Assembly (NCBI RefSeq): GCF_009914755.1
Contig: NC_060930.1
Source of the DNA: the human T2T-CHM13v2.0 reference genome, Homo sapiens
Direction: 5' to 3' (one strand)
Length of the DNA: 64,000 nt
This document shows, one piece after another, positions 1 through 20,715 of this stretch (the stretch's first letter is position 1; every line of letters begins with the position of its first letter). A program made the translations under genes and the position numbers. A model generated the notes under the pieces. The model saw only the letters and a program-made list of their open reading frames with translations. It made no database searches and was not told where the DNA came from.

Positions 1-3675
<3,675 letters not shown>

Positions 3676-4905
3676 CTATGTTGATGAATTACTGAATGGT
3701 TTCCAATTTGGAGCTATTACAAATAAAGCTGCTGTGACCACTCATCAAGTCTTTGAATGGGCATGTGCTCTCCTTTCTCTGGGATAAATTCCTAGGAGTG
3801 GAAGGACTGGGTGCTATGGTAGGTGTATATTTATCTGTTTAAGAAATTGCCAAACTGTTTTCCAAAGTGGTTGTACCAAGTTATATTCCCACGAGCAGTA
3901 TATAAGAGTTCAAGTTATTCTGCATCCTAGCTAACACTTGGTATGGTCAGTCTTTGATTTTAGGCATTCTAATCACTATCTAATAGTGTCTCATTGTGAT
4001 TTTAATTTTTACTTCCTTAATGACTAATGAGGTTGAACATCTTTTCATGTACCTATTAGCCATCTGTATATTTTAGTTGGTGAAGTATCTGGTGTCTGTT
4101 AAAATCTTTTGCCCATTAAAAAAATGGGTTGTTTTCTCATTGAGTATTAAGAGTTCTTTATCTATTCTGGATATAAGGACTTGCATCAGATATGTGATTT
4201 GTAAATATTTTATCCAAGTTTGTCTTTTCATTCTCTTAATAGTGTTTTTTTTAAAATAGTTTAGTTCTTACTTTTGACGAAGGCCAATTTATCATTCTTT
4301 TTCTTTATGGATTCTGCTTTTGGTGTCATGTCTAAGAAATTTTTGCCTAATCCAAGGTCTCAAAGATTCTCTCTTATGTTTCTTCCAGAAGTTTTGTAAT
4401 GTACATTTAGGCCTATAATACATTCTAAGTTAGTTTTTGTATATCATGTGAGGTTTGGTTCAAAGTTCATTATTTTGCATATAGATCTCCAATTGTTCCA
4501 GCACTATTTATTAAAACTACTGTCCTTTCTCCACTAAATTGCCTCTGTAGATTTGTCAATAATCAATTGTCCATATATGTGTGGCTCTATATCTGGACTC
4601 TCTTGTGTTCTATTAATCTGTTTGCTGTTTTGTGCCAATGACACTATTTTGATAGCTATAACTTTATAATTAATTAATCTTGAAATCAAATGTATTAATT
4701 CTCTTACTTGGTTATTCTTTCTAAAATTTGTTTTCATTATTTTAAGTACTCTGGATTTTCAAATGAATGTTAGGATCAATTTATAAGTTTCTACCAAACA
4801 GTCTGCTGGGTTTTTAATTTTGATTATATGGAATCTGTAGATAAATTTGGGGAGAATTGATATAATAATATTAAGTCTTCTGACCTATGAACATGGTATA
4901 TTTAC

Positions 4906-5503
<598 letters not shown>

Positions 5504-5786
5504 TGGTATATCTATCTGTCCATTTATGTAGGCTTTGTTCAATTTGTCTCAGCACAGTTTTGTAGTTTTTAGTGTGTTGTTCCTGGATCTTTTGCTAAAT
5601 TTATCCCTTCATATTACATATTCTTGATCCTATTTTGAAAGGCATTTAAAAATCAATTTCTGATTGTCTATTGCTTACACATAGAAATAAAATTGGTTTT
5701 TGAATACTGATTTTATGTCCTGAAACTTTGCTAAATTCAATTATTAGTAGCTTTTTTTGTTGATTCCATTGGCTTTTCTACATAGA

Positions 5787-6236
5787 TGTATTAATTTCAT
5801 AATGCTGCTTAACAAATTACCACAAATATAGTGGCTTAAAACAACAAACATGTATTTTCTTACAGTTTTGGAGATCAGAATCCCAGAGAGTTTTATGGGG
5901 CTACTGTGAATTTGTTGGCAGGGTTAATTCTTTCTGGAGGCCTCAGGAGAGAATCCATTCCTGCTTCTCCACTTCTAGGGTTGGCTCATGGTCCTTTTCT
6001 CTATCTTCAAAGCCGGCTTAAAAGCACCTTCTCTCTGACTTCCTGTCTTCCTCTTACAAGGACCTTTGTGATTACATTGGTCCACGTGGATAATCCATGA
6101 TAACTCCCTCATCTCAGGATCCTTAATTTAGTCATATCTGCAAAATCCTTTTTGCCATATAAGGTAACATTCACAAGTGTCAATTCACAGCTTAGGACAT
6201 GAACTTCTTTGGCGTGCCATTATTCAGCCTATCACA
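5787..6236 (-). mobile_element. MaLR solo LTR (MLT1C/D-like)
   Basis: TG...CA termini, 5-bp TSD ATAGA, and the MLT1 motif caaattaccacaaa...gtggcttaaaacaac. Confidence 0.88.
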
Positions 6237-6992
6237 ATAGAAAATCTTATCTCCTACATATAAAGATAGTTGCATCTTTCTTTTTCAATCTGAATGCCTT
6301 TTATTTCTTTTCCTTGTCTGAATGCAGTAACCAAACCTTCAGTATAGTGTTGAATAGAAGTGGTGAGAATGAACATCCTTTCCTTGTCCTGATCTTAGGA
6401 AAAAAGCATTCAGCCTTTTACCCTTAAGTATGACATTAGCTGTTAGAGACTTTCTGTGGATCCCCTTTATCAAGCTAAGGAAGTTCCCTTCATTTTTTTT
6501 TCTTACCAGTAATAGATTTTGAATTTTGTCAAATGCTTTTTCCATATCTATTGAGGTGATCATGGTTTTTCCCCTCAGTTTGTTAATATGATGAATTACA
6601 TTGATTGCTTTTCAAACGTTAAACTAACCTTGAATTTCCAAGATAAGCCCCACTTGGTCATGGTGTATTATTCTTTTTGTGTATTTTTGGATTTGATTTG
6701 CTAAAATTTTGTTAAGAATGTCTATATCTATATTAATGAGTGATGTTAGACTGCAGTTTGTTTTTCTTTCCTTGCTTTTAATGTCTTTGGTTTTGGTATC
6801 AGAATAATGCTGATCTCATAGAATGACTAGGAAGTATTCTCTCCTCTTCAATTTTCTGGAACAGTTTGTATAGAATTGGTTTTCTTTCTTTCTTCAAGAT
6901 TTGGCAGAATTCATCAGGGAAGCCACCTGTGTCTGGCTGCTTTCTTTCAGCTTTTGTATGTCTAACAGAGTCTTCAGTTTGCCTTTGTTTTT

Positions 6993-7287
6993 ATTTTTTT
7001 ATTTTTATTTTTTGAGATAGAGTCTCACTTTGTTGCCTAGGCTGGAGTGCAATGGCATGATCTCACTGCAACCTCCGGCTCCCAGGTTCAAGCGATTCTC
7101 CTGCCCCAGCCTCCTGAGTAGCTGGGATTACAGGTGCGCATGACCACACCTGGCTAATTTTTGTATTTTTAGTAGAGACGGGGTTTCACCATGTTGGTCA
7201 GGCTGGTCTTGAACTCCTGACCTCATGATCCGCCTGCCTCGGCTTCCCAAAGTGCTGGGATTACAGGCGTGAGCCACCATGCCCAGC
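6993..7287 (-). mobile_element. AluS
   Basis: Alu dimer; TSD ttgcctt(t/c)gttttt. Confidence 0.94.
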
Positions 7288-7344
7288 TTGCCTTCGTTTT
7301 TAAAAGAGAGTTTCAGTGGACTTAGAATCCTAGGTTGACAGTTT

Positions 7345-7648
7345 ATTTTATGTTTTGTTTTGTTTTGTTTTAGACAGGGTCTCACTCTGTTGCCCAGGCT
7401 GGAGTGCAGAGGTGTGATCTCAGCTCACTGAAGCCTCGACCTCCTGGGCTCGGGCGATCCTCCCACCTGTCTCCTGAGTAGCCAGGACTACAGGTGTGCA
7501 CCACCATGCCTGGTTAATTTTTGTATTTTTTGTAGAGATGGGGTTTCGCCATGTTGCCCAGGCTGTTCTTGAACTCCTGAGCTGAAGTGATGTGCCTGCC
7601 TTGGCCTCCCAAAGTGCTGGGATTACAGGCATGAGCCACTGTGCCAGG
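7345..7648 (-). mobile_element. AluJ
   Basis: Alu dimer with a (TTTTG)n tail. Confidence 0.92.
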
Positions 7649-7987
7649 CTGACATTTTTTTTTCCCTTCAATACATTAAAGATGTTGCTCCACTCTCTTC
7701 TTGCATTGTTTTTGATGAGAAATATGCTGTTATCCTTATCTTTGTTCCTGTGTATGTGGCATATGTTTTCTCCTTTATTTTTAAAACTAGTTTTGAGCAA
7801 TTTGAATAATATGATGTACTTGGTGCTATTATAATATTTTCTTCATGTTTCTTGTGCTTGAGCATATTTATTTATTGGGCATATTGAATCTGAGAGTTTG
7901 TAATTTTTTTCAAAATTTAGAAAAAACTTGGCCATTTTCTCTTCAATTCCCCTCACACATACTTTTTGTAGATCTGAACTATATGTA

Positions 7988-8197
7988 CACGTTGAGCATC
8001 CCTAATCCCCAAATCTGAAATTTGGAATGCTCTAAACTCTGAAACTTCTTGAGCAGTGATCTGACACTCAAAGAAAATGCTTACTGTAGCATTTTGGATT
8101 TCAGATTAAAAATGCTCAACTGGTATATATTGTGCAAATATTCAAGAATCTGAAAAAGTCTAAAATCAGAAACACTTCTGGTCCCAAGCATTCTGTA
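7988..8197. mobile_element. Tigger4a/MER46A-like DNA transposon MITE
   Basis: gttgagcatccctaatcc...aaatgctcaactg...acacttctggtcccaagcatt consensus motifs. Confidence 0.8.
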
Positions 8198-9633
8198 TAA
8201 TAGGCTGCTTGAAGTTGTCCCACAGATCACTGATGCTCTTCTCATTTTTTTTCAGAATCTTTTTCCTCTGTTGTTTCATTTCGGATAGTTTCTATTGCTA
8301 TTTCTCTTGCAGTGGCTAAACTATGGTCATACCATTAATGTATATTTCATTTCATATATTGTACTTCTCAATCTTAAAAGTTCAACTTAGGTATTTATTA
8401 TATCTTCTATATCTCTGTTTAACTTTTTGAACATATAGAATAACAACTGTTTTACCGTCCTTGTCATCTAATTCTAAGAACACCTTCGTCAGTTCTGAAT
8501 CCATTTCAGTTGATTACTTTTTCTCCTCATTGTGAGTCATATTTTTCTGCCTGTTTGCAGGTCACACAATCCTTCAGTGACTGCTAGAATTTTACTTTAT
8601 ATTCCCATAAATATTCTTGAGCATTGCTCTTGGACACAGTTAAATTACTTGGAAGCAGTTTGATCCTTTTGGCTCTTGCTTTTTGATGGGGGGGCCAAAG
8701 TTTCATTTATGCTAGGTCTAGTTATTCCCCATTCCTAAGGCTAGGCTCTTGTTAGTACCCTACCCAATGCTCTGTGAATTGGGAGGGTTTTTTTTTAATA
8801 TTATTAATGAAGACTATACTTTAAAATATAAGCTTTGAGTATTACAGCCGGCCTGATAATTGTCTGCGGATACCAGAGACCATTTTATGGTGCACCAGAG
8901 TGGGACACAGAAGAACAACAGCAGACATGGCAGAGGATGGATGATGAAAGAAAAGAATCTGAATCTGAGTGGGACAAAACCCGCATCCTTTAGCCATCCC
9001 AAAGAAAGGCTCTCCAGTTCCTTAGTGATAAAGTACTAAAAGCTGTTATCAGAATCACACTACATATTGTTTGTTGTTTGACACATATATATTTGGGTTT
9101 AAGTCAGGCAACTTAACCCAGTTAATCACAAGTCTATGTTTATATAACTTAATAATATTACTTTTTACTTATAAAGCTTCAAATGAAAAGAACTGCTTCC
9201 TGTTTCATTACTGATAGATGTCTGAACTGGGCAGCTATCAAATGAGAATGGTTGTCCAAATTCTGATGCCAAGGGAGTGGATGGGGCCTGAATATGGGTT
9301 ACTCCTAACTGAGAACACTGCACATTATTATCATGCAAGCAGCCTCTTTTACTTACAACAACCACTTCTGCTAAATTTATACAATATTTATGTATTTAAA
9401 ACTTAAACTTTTTTTCCATGCAAAATAGTTTCCTTTTATCTTTTCATGAGTCTTTTTTCATACTACATAGCCTGGAATTTCAGGGGGGTCAAGTGAAGCT
9501 GAGGCAGAGGGAGAATGTGTGTGCAAATGAGAATGTCTGTTCACTTGGGGTCCAAAAGTGATAGTTACCACTCTTATTTGCATATTTTCAATGACTTCAC
9601 AAATGAGAATGAGTAGAAATAAAAGAATCATGC

Positions 9634-9749
9634 CTCTTCCTCTTCCTCTTCCTCTAGCTCCTCATCAACCTCTGCTTCAGTCTGGTAGTCTTCTGTTTCT
9701 TCCTCATAATCTTCCCCAGTTAACTCCCATGCAGTATATTGAAATGGTT
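9634..9749 (-). CDS. AK9: AK9 coding exon (116 nt, phase 1-0, GC donor): KPFQYTAWELTGEDYEEETEDYQTEAEVDEELEEEEEEE
   Basis: ttctccag|AACCAT ... GAAGAG|gcatga. Read-through hits TGA after one codon and no GT lies before it. The next exon lies beyond position 1. Confidence 0.9.
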
Positions 9750-10116
9750 CTGGAGAAAAAGAGAATCATTGGGGAAAATATTTTTAGTAAAAAAGGTTAT
9801 TAGCATATTACTATAGTCAAATGTTGGGAAAATTGATTATTATTATTATTAGTCTCTTAGATTAAATATGTATGCAAATAGGCCTTTATAAGTTCCTTAC
9901 GTGACAACTGGCCAGTATGGCCAGAGGTGTTTGGGCCACATAGCTGTTCTGATTGGTCAGGACCTGCACAGTGATAGTTGCTAAGTATTTTATACATCAG
10001 CCTTGGATATACTGAACATTTACTTCATAAACCATCAAAGAAGGCTTTCAAGTTTCAAAATGCTTCTAATACTATCACCTGCTGTTGATAATAAATGTTA
10101 TGATTAAAGCCCTTAC

Positions 10117-10317
10117 TTTCCATAGTCTCAACTACTTTTTGAAGTAATTCCTGTGGAGTTCTGTCAGCAATCTCCAAGTTTAAAATTTTAATGTAAGCCT
10201 CACTAATTGTTGCTTCTAGCTGTTTCCAGAGGATGATGAAAGAACCAATCTTCTCTTTAAATGGCTCCATTTCGGGAACATCAGGATAAGAGTCTTCTGG
10301 AAACTCAGGTAGTACAA
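10117..10317 (-). CDS. AK9: AK9 coding exon (201 nt, phase 1-1): VVLPEFPEDSYPDVPEMEPFKEK...LQKVVETME
   Basis: ctccaaaag|TTGTAC ... GGAAA|gtaagg; ORF 10055..10270. Confidence 0.94.
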
Positions 10318-10792
10318 CTTTGGAGTAAAAGACAAAGGAAAGAAAAAAGGGGCTTTAAATATCCTATCTTTAGCCATATTGCCAAAATAGCTTATACTTT
10401 GCAATTTTTTTAAACAGTTAAAAAAATAATATTCTAAGCAACAATATACATTCATAAATTCATAATTTAATTATGCTTTGTTCTTATATTTGCTGTAGAT
10501 ATATATTTACCTGTTACTAAAACTCAAGCTTTTGGATAATTAACATGAGTTTCTTAAGGAAACTTTAACGGTTAATAAAAAATGTATAAAACAAATTTGT
10601 GTAAAAACCAGTGTTATAATCTAGTTTGATACACTTTTAATGGAGTAAGCCAAATATTTATGTATGTCAATTAGCATACAACATAGAAAGAAATAAGTAT
10701 GACGCACCTACTATGCCTAAAATTAGGGACCCTTTGTAAGAAAATATGAAAAGTACTTTTATGCAAGAACTACTTTCATTTTACAGTCTAAC

Positions 10793-10882
10793 CTGTTTCA
10801 GATAATTTTTCAATTTCCAGGCCCTCTTTGGATCCTTTTGGGATTTCTGTTTCCACTGTAGTTTCCTCGATAGGCTCAGATA
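10793..10882 (-). CDS. AK9: AK9 coding exon (90 nt, phase 1-1): VSEPIEETTVETEIPKGSKEGLEIEKLSET
   Basis: ttcttaag|TATCTG ... AAACAG|gttaga; in frame. Confidence 0.92.
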
Positions 10883-11233
10883 CTTAAGAAAGAAATCGAA
10901 TAGTTAGTGTTTAAATTTGAAAACATTATTCCTTTATGAAAGTTTTGGCACAAAGAACATTTCAAAATATAGCTTAAATTGTATATGAAATGCCTAATAG
11001 AAAGCAAAGTTCTTGTTAGGGAAAGAACGGCATAAGAATACATAATAAAAAAGGCAGAAAATAAAGAATATTCTTAAACACATAAAAGGACATGGACTAG
11101 AATAATAATTGACACATGGCACATACAATTCTGGCTGATAATTTGTTAAATATTAATCAAACTTCTTTTAATTTGGCAGTAGACTAACAATGCCTGATAT
11201 TCCTTTTAATTTCTTATTAAAAATACCCATGAA

Positions 11234-11522
11234 GCCAGGCATAGTGAATTGTGCCTGTAATCCTAGCCTTTGGGAGGCAGAGGTGGGAGAATCACTTAAG
11301 GCCAGGAGTTCAAGACCAGCCTAGGCAACACAGCAAGACCACATCCCTACAAAAAATAAAAATTAGCCAGGCATGGTGGCTCACACCTGTGGTCCTAGCT
11401 ACATGGGAGGCTGAGGTGGGAAGATCACTTGATCCCAGGAGTTCAAGTTACAGGGAGCTATGATCGTGCCACTGCACACCAGTCTGGGTGACAGAGCAAG
11501 ACACCATCTCTTTAAAAAAAAA
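11234..11522 (+). mobile_element. AluJ
   Basis: Alu dimer with short A tail. Confidence 0.92.
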
Positions 11523-12799
11523 TTTTTTTTCAAGAAGATACACCAAAAAAGACCACAAACTGGCAGTGAGAGATGATGATATTGCAAAGTCCCAGCTGTA
11601 GGTGTAGGCATGGAGAGATTTAAGAGACTCTCAACTAATTTCACGGTTGAAGATATAGGTTGAAAACTGTTTTCCTGAAGGATGTAAGACATGCTGCACA
11701 TACAGATCCAGCAGAGGTAGTTTCAGGGAAGGCAGGACTAATTATCTGTCTTTTCATCCTAGTCTGCTCCTAGTTCTGAAACACAAGTTTTGCATAGACA
11801 AAAGTACATATATCTATATGCATATATACGTATGTATATACACACACACATTCTGCAACACGGTGGAAACTGTCTTCTGAGTTAGCTAAAATAATACTTG
11901 GGTCCTCTTTCAACAGGATCTATAATGTTTAATACTCAATAGAGCAGGAAGTAGAAGGGGACAAGCCTGGGACTGGCCTGGTGGTGGCATGTTTAATTGT
12001 AGGTTGCTCAATTAAGAAAATCATTACAAACCATGGAAGAGAAAAGAACACCAAGAATATACAGATAATTCTACAATGCCTTAGCTTCTCTGGCTTAATC
12101 AAAGACTGCAATAGTTGGGGGTGAAGATCTAGCCTCAGTCTAGAAGAGCCATACAAGATGAGTACTTACTAAATATTACAACTTGAACTAGGTTGATTTG
12201 CATTAACCTATATCAGATATAACAGGTCTATATCTGAGAATGCCAGGCAAGAAGTCTAAGTGAAAAGTACACGTGTGTGGGAGTCAGGGTAGGGGGACAG
12301 AGTTCTTATAAATACTCTACCTACCCTTCCTGTTGGTAAATGCAAGAGTTGGATATATTCTGCTTCATCCAAGAATAAGTCCACAAAAACAACAAAAACA
12401 AAATCGACGAAGCAAAAGAGAGTATTGATCCAAAGATTCAGATGAAAATTTTACTTCTGAAGACAATTTCTTATATAAAGCAGAGTAAATTTTACAAGAT
12501 GTATGCTTGGAGTACTAAAAAACACAAGATAACAACTGAGTCTATGAAATAAAAATCACGAGGCATAAAGATAGATTAAAATAAAGGCAGAAATACAGGA
12601 AGGGTAACTGAAATAAGAAAACAATGCAAGGAAATCTAAAATGCAATAGTAGAGTTAACATATGCATTGGGAATGTTCTTACTTACAAGTGGAAGCTAAG
12701 CCATGTGTATGCAAAGGCATACAGAGTGGTATAATGGACACTGGAGACTCAGAAGGGAGCAGGGTAAGAGGGGAGTGAGGGATGAAAAACCACCTATAG

Positions 12800-16483
<3,684 letters not shown>

Positions 16484-17935
16484 GAAAAACCACCTATAGA
16501 ATACAACATGCACTATTTGAGTGATAGGTATGCTAAAACCCCAGACTTCACCACTATATGTGATTCATCCATGTAACCAAAACCCACTTGTACCCCTAAA
16601 ACTACTGAAATAAAAAAATTTTTTAATGCATTAGGAGAGAGGCAATAAGGTGGAGAAGGTAAACCAGTGACATGGAGGATAACAAGTCTCTGAAGAATCC
16701 AGAGAAAAAGTACAAAGAGATGAGAACTATCAGGAAAAAGAAGATTAACGTGGTTGAGAAACAATAGTTATCTGACCAAAAATAATAAATGATCCTGAAA
16801 AAGGAATCTGAAGCAATAACTGAAGAAAGGCATTTTGAGCTAGACAAAGATTGTGATATGAAGACAAGAAGAGCTCAATGAATTCCCGGGTAAATCATTC
16901 ACATACCAGCAAAGTTTTAACAAATAATGGCATTGAAAAGGATCCTTTGAGCACCCCTGTAGGAAAAGAACGAAAAGAACAGAAATGAGGGAATATCTTG
17001 ACTTTTCCATGTGTAGAAGACAATGAAGCAATGTCAACATGAGGAATTCTGAGAAGAAAAGGTTATGACAATGATTTAATAGCCTCTAAGTTGTTTTATA
17101 TATGTGAAAGCAATAGATTTGCAGAAAAATTACAAAATATGCCACGCTGGATCCTTAAAAAGTTGCTCAAAGATGTAGACCAGATGACTAAGAGATGAAT
17201 CAAAATTAAAATCTCAAGAATAGGGTCATGTGGAATTTGGGAGAAATCCAAATGGAATTATCATTATCCTAATACCACATAGCTACAGAAATCCACAGCC
17301 TGTTCTAGTGGACTGGACAAAACTGGCCACACTCATGAGCATTCAACAATGTGGAGAAGTTATGCCTCTTTCCAAAATGCTATCTGAAGGAAGTTTATAA
17401 ACAAATAATTTCCATATAGTTATTGTTTATTGAAAATAACTCTCTTGTAGGACTTTAAAAATGTCCGAGAGGAAACCTTTCTCTCAAGCCGAAGTCTAAT
17501 TGGATCACAGTTAGATAAAAACAAAACAAAACACCATTCTTAAAAAAGCTAAAAGGAAATACATTAGAATGTTAAGTATCATTGCCTTTTGTTGTCAGAT
17601 CAATGATGATTTCCCCCATCTTTCTATTTGTATAATTTCTGTATTTTCTATAGTTAGCACATATTTTTATCAAACCTGGATGGATGTATGATTTTGAAAC
17701 ACACCGTTCAACATCAACTGTATCAAAACTACGATCACTGTCTTTAATAGACATTTTTCAAATTTCTATTCAATATATTCATTAATTTTGACCTGCAGAT
17801 ACAGTGTACAGCCAAATGATTCTAGAGTTTTTATTTTCAGGATCAGATTTTTCTCAGGTATGCTACTGTGCTTTTTCCATGATATAAGGAATAATTGACA
17901 AAACTTATTTTTCAGGCAGAATGTTTTTCCTATAG

Positions 17936-18117
17936 CAGTAGTTCTCAACTGTTAGTATGTATAAGAATCACTGGGGTGTTCATTAAAATGTAGATTCCTA
18001 AATTCCATCCTAGACTTACTGAACCAGAGCCTGCATAGAGCTCAGAGGCTTACCTTAAAATAAGAACCATAGGTGATTCTGATACAGCTGATCTACCACC
18101 TATACTATGAAACAATA
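17936..18117. mobile_element. MER5-type hAT-Charlie MITE
   Basis: cagtagttctcaa...aagaatcactgggg...aggtgattctgat. Confidence 0.75.
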
Positions 18118-18250
18118 TTTCTCTTTTATGTGAAACTCTAAAGTCTCAGTTAAGCATTTAAGAATTTGAGCAGATGATTACTTATTTCTTGGGTGAAATA
18201 ATGAATGTGCGCCTAGGCATTCCTGCAACCTGCATCTGTGGAAAGGCAGT

Positions 18251-18620
18251 ATGGTAGATACTGTTGGTTGGCTCCCTCAACCCCCCTCTCGTCTTCTATT
18301 CCATTGGCTTCTACCATCTAGGCAAGGAAGCCAAGTCCAAATTAAATTCCCAGATTCCCTGCAAGTAGGGGTAGATGACGATACAATATTCTGCTCAATG
18401 AAATGTAGGTGAAAGTCTCTGTGAACTATCTATTTCTTGAATTAGAAATAAAAAGTAAAAGCTTGCAAGAGGAGACATTGTGTCTGGATGCAGCAGCCAC
18501 CTATGGATCGTGAGGATGGAGTCAGATACTGGAGAGAAGTACAGGAGGAAAGAAGATGCTTGGGGCTTCAATATCTTTTTAAGTGAACAAACCAGCCTGG
18601 GGCTCTTAGATATGCATAAT
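18251..18620. mobile_element. Old MLT1 (J/K/L-like) LTR remnant
   Basis: tggtagatactgttggttgg start, and gcagcagccac...gtgaggatgga motifs; boundaries approximate. Confidence 0.55.
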
Positions 18621-18989
18621 ACTTAATATACTTGTCAGAATGAAACACATGCACATATGAGCTGTGAAATATGAATTGTGTAATTTTCATTAATTTCCCT
18701 TAGTCTTGCTTCTTTTATAAGCTCACAGCAGTTCCAGGCCCTTAACTGCTCCAGACTAGCATCCAGTTACAGGTATCTGAAGACCTTTTAGTTTGTAGGA
18801 TGAATTTCAGATTCAATACTAACTCTGCTTGAAAGCATTTGCAAGCCTCATTCCCACCACAGGTGGGTACCCTATGTTCCTGCTTTAAGCCCACTCTCTA
18901 GTCCTTGGAGTGGTTTTCATTGCCTATAGACTCCTTCTTGCCTTGCCCCATCCACCAAATGAGACCTCTGAGGTAGGGCTTAAAGAGTT

Positions 18990-19266
18990 AATGCTCTCAT
19001 ATTAACATTTAAAATGCTCTTATATTTGCATTTAAAAATGGCATTGCACACCATAAAGATGAACTGTAAAATTCATGCTAATAATTTAAAATTTTAATTT
19101 AATTTTTCTTTACTTAGAGCAACATTAAATAGCAAACAAAAAAATAGCATGACAAATTGAGAGACAGACTATGGAAGAAAGGAAAAACCGTTATATTTTA
19201 CTACCTTTAATGACACTTTTTTCCTGCTTTTTGAACAACATGCCCCACAAATTACATAGCCAGCTG
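18990..19266. mobile_element. MER45-like hAT-Tip100 fragment
   Basis: tttttgaacaa...gccccacaaattacatagccagc terminus. Confidence 0.55.
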
Positions 19267-19478
19267 TGCTCCTGTGTGCCAGTGCTGGGGCAGAGCAGCC
19301 TCTGCTTTCCTACCACACTTCAAACTGTGGGATTTGGACTCAATGGCTGCTCTCTGGGGGCTCATCTCTCCATTCTCAGCCAGCTTCCATTTTACCAACA
19401 GGTATACATACACATACCCAAACAGACACATTAATGCACATGAGTAGAATTAAGAACTTGCTATCAATAAAGTCTAAC

Positions 19479-19631
19479 CTGCTTCAGGCTCAGTTTCAGG
19501 GACCTCAGATGCTTCAAACTCCTCAGGTAACCATGACCCTCGGGTATCGTGAGATGCCTCAGGCTCTTCGTGAACTTCCAACTCATCACCTTCAATCTCC
19601 TCTTCATCCTCATTATCAGTCTCTTCAGCTT
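19479..19631 (-). CDS. AK9: AK9 coding exon (153 nt, phase 1-1): EAEETDNEDEEEIEGDELEV...EVPETEPEA
   Basis: ttttttag|AAGCTG ... GAAGCAG|gttaga; acidic open frame. Confidence 0.94.
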
Positions 19632-19949
19632 CTAAAAAAATTTGAAGAAATAAATTATCATTTGGTTGAAGTCAACAAATATTTATTGGGTGTTGATAAG
19701 TGCTGAAGCCAAACAAAGAATATGAAATGGTCCCTGCCCTCCTAGAGTATGTAGTTTAATGGGGGAGATAGAAAAATTATCTATTTATTATAGCTATTCA
19801 CATGTAGTGGTAAAGGATGATAGTCATCTGCTCAGAGTTCTGTATGAGTACCAGACTAGGGGTTCATTCAAAAATGAAATGTTTGTGGCAGTTCCAAACA
19901 TCCTTACAGTAAATCTAGAAATAGCCCAATGTCCAAAGAAATGGCTACA

Positions 19950-20156
19950 TCAGCACCATTCAATATAGTAGCCACTAGCTACATGTGGCTATTGAGTACT
20001 TGAAATGAGGCTAGTCCAAATTGATATATACTGTAAGTATAAAACATACAGTGAATTTTAAAGATTTAATATGAAAAACTAAATATAAAATATGTGACTT
20101 TTAGAAAATTTAAAGTTCCATGTGTGGCTTATATTATGTTTCTAATGGGTAGCACC
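19950..20156. mobile_element. MER3/MER33-like hAT-Charlie MITE
   Basis: gtagccactagctacatgtggctattgagtacttgaaatg motif. Confidence 0.75.
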
Positions 20157-20243
20157 AGGTTAGATTATATATATAATGATTGATTTTCTTACAGCTAACT
20201 AAAAATAATAAATCATGTAGTATATTAATCAATATATTAAATG

Positions 20244-20432
20244 TAAATACAAAATACAAAAATTAGCTGGGTGTGGTGGCACACACCTGTAGCCCCAGCT
20301 ACTCAGGAGGCTTAGCAGGAGAATCGCTTGAACCCAGGAGGTGGAGGTTGCAGTGAGCTGAGATTGTGTCACTGCACTCCAGCCTGGGTCATGGAATGAG
20401 ACTCTGGCTCAAAACAAACAAACAAACAAACA
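20244..20432 (+). mobile_element. Alu right arm (AluS, 5'-truncated)
   Basis: Linker, right monomer and (AAAC)n tail. Confidence 0.9.
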
Positions 20433-20439
20433 ACCCAGA

Positions 20440-20715
20440 ACTAGTAGCCGGTTTAATAACTACCACAATTTTGGAACAGTGATAAACATATAAAGATATG
20501 TAAAACTATAATGTGATATGAAAACATCTTCATTTCTTTTGGTGACAAAGTCAAAGTATTGCTAATATTATTGTGGTTTGTTGCCTATATTAATTGCACA
20601 TTGAAGGAAATAATAAATTTCAGTTAAATGTTAGTGAAAATAAATTCGGAATTATTTTCCAATTAAGTTCACACACCCCTGAATTTTACCCATAGACCCT
20701 AGGTTAAGAACTCCA
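20440..20715. mobile_element. hAT-Charlie (Charlie4-like) fragment
   Basis: aaatttcagtta...gttagtgaaaataaa...aggttaagaactcc terminus. Confidence 0.55.

Noticed and set aside
17230-17560. Non-repeat-looking stretch with a plus-strand acceptor-like site and short ATG ORF
   Set aside because: No recognisable homology or donor; it would need a database search to support.
19266-19706. 146-aa plus-strand ORF (likewise 9558..9803)
   Set aside because: Antisense shadow of purine-rich AK9 exons; no independent gene evidence.
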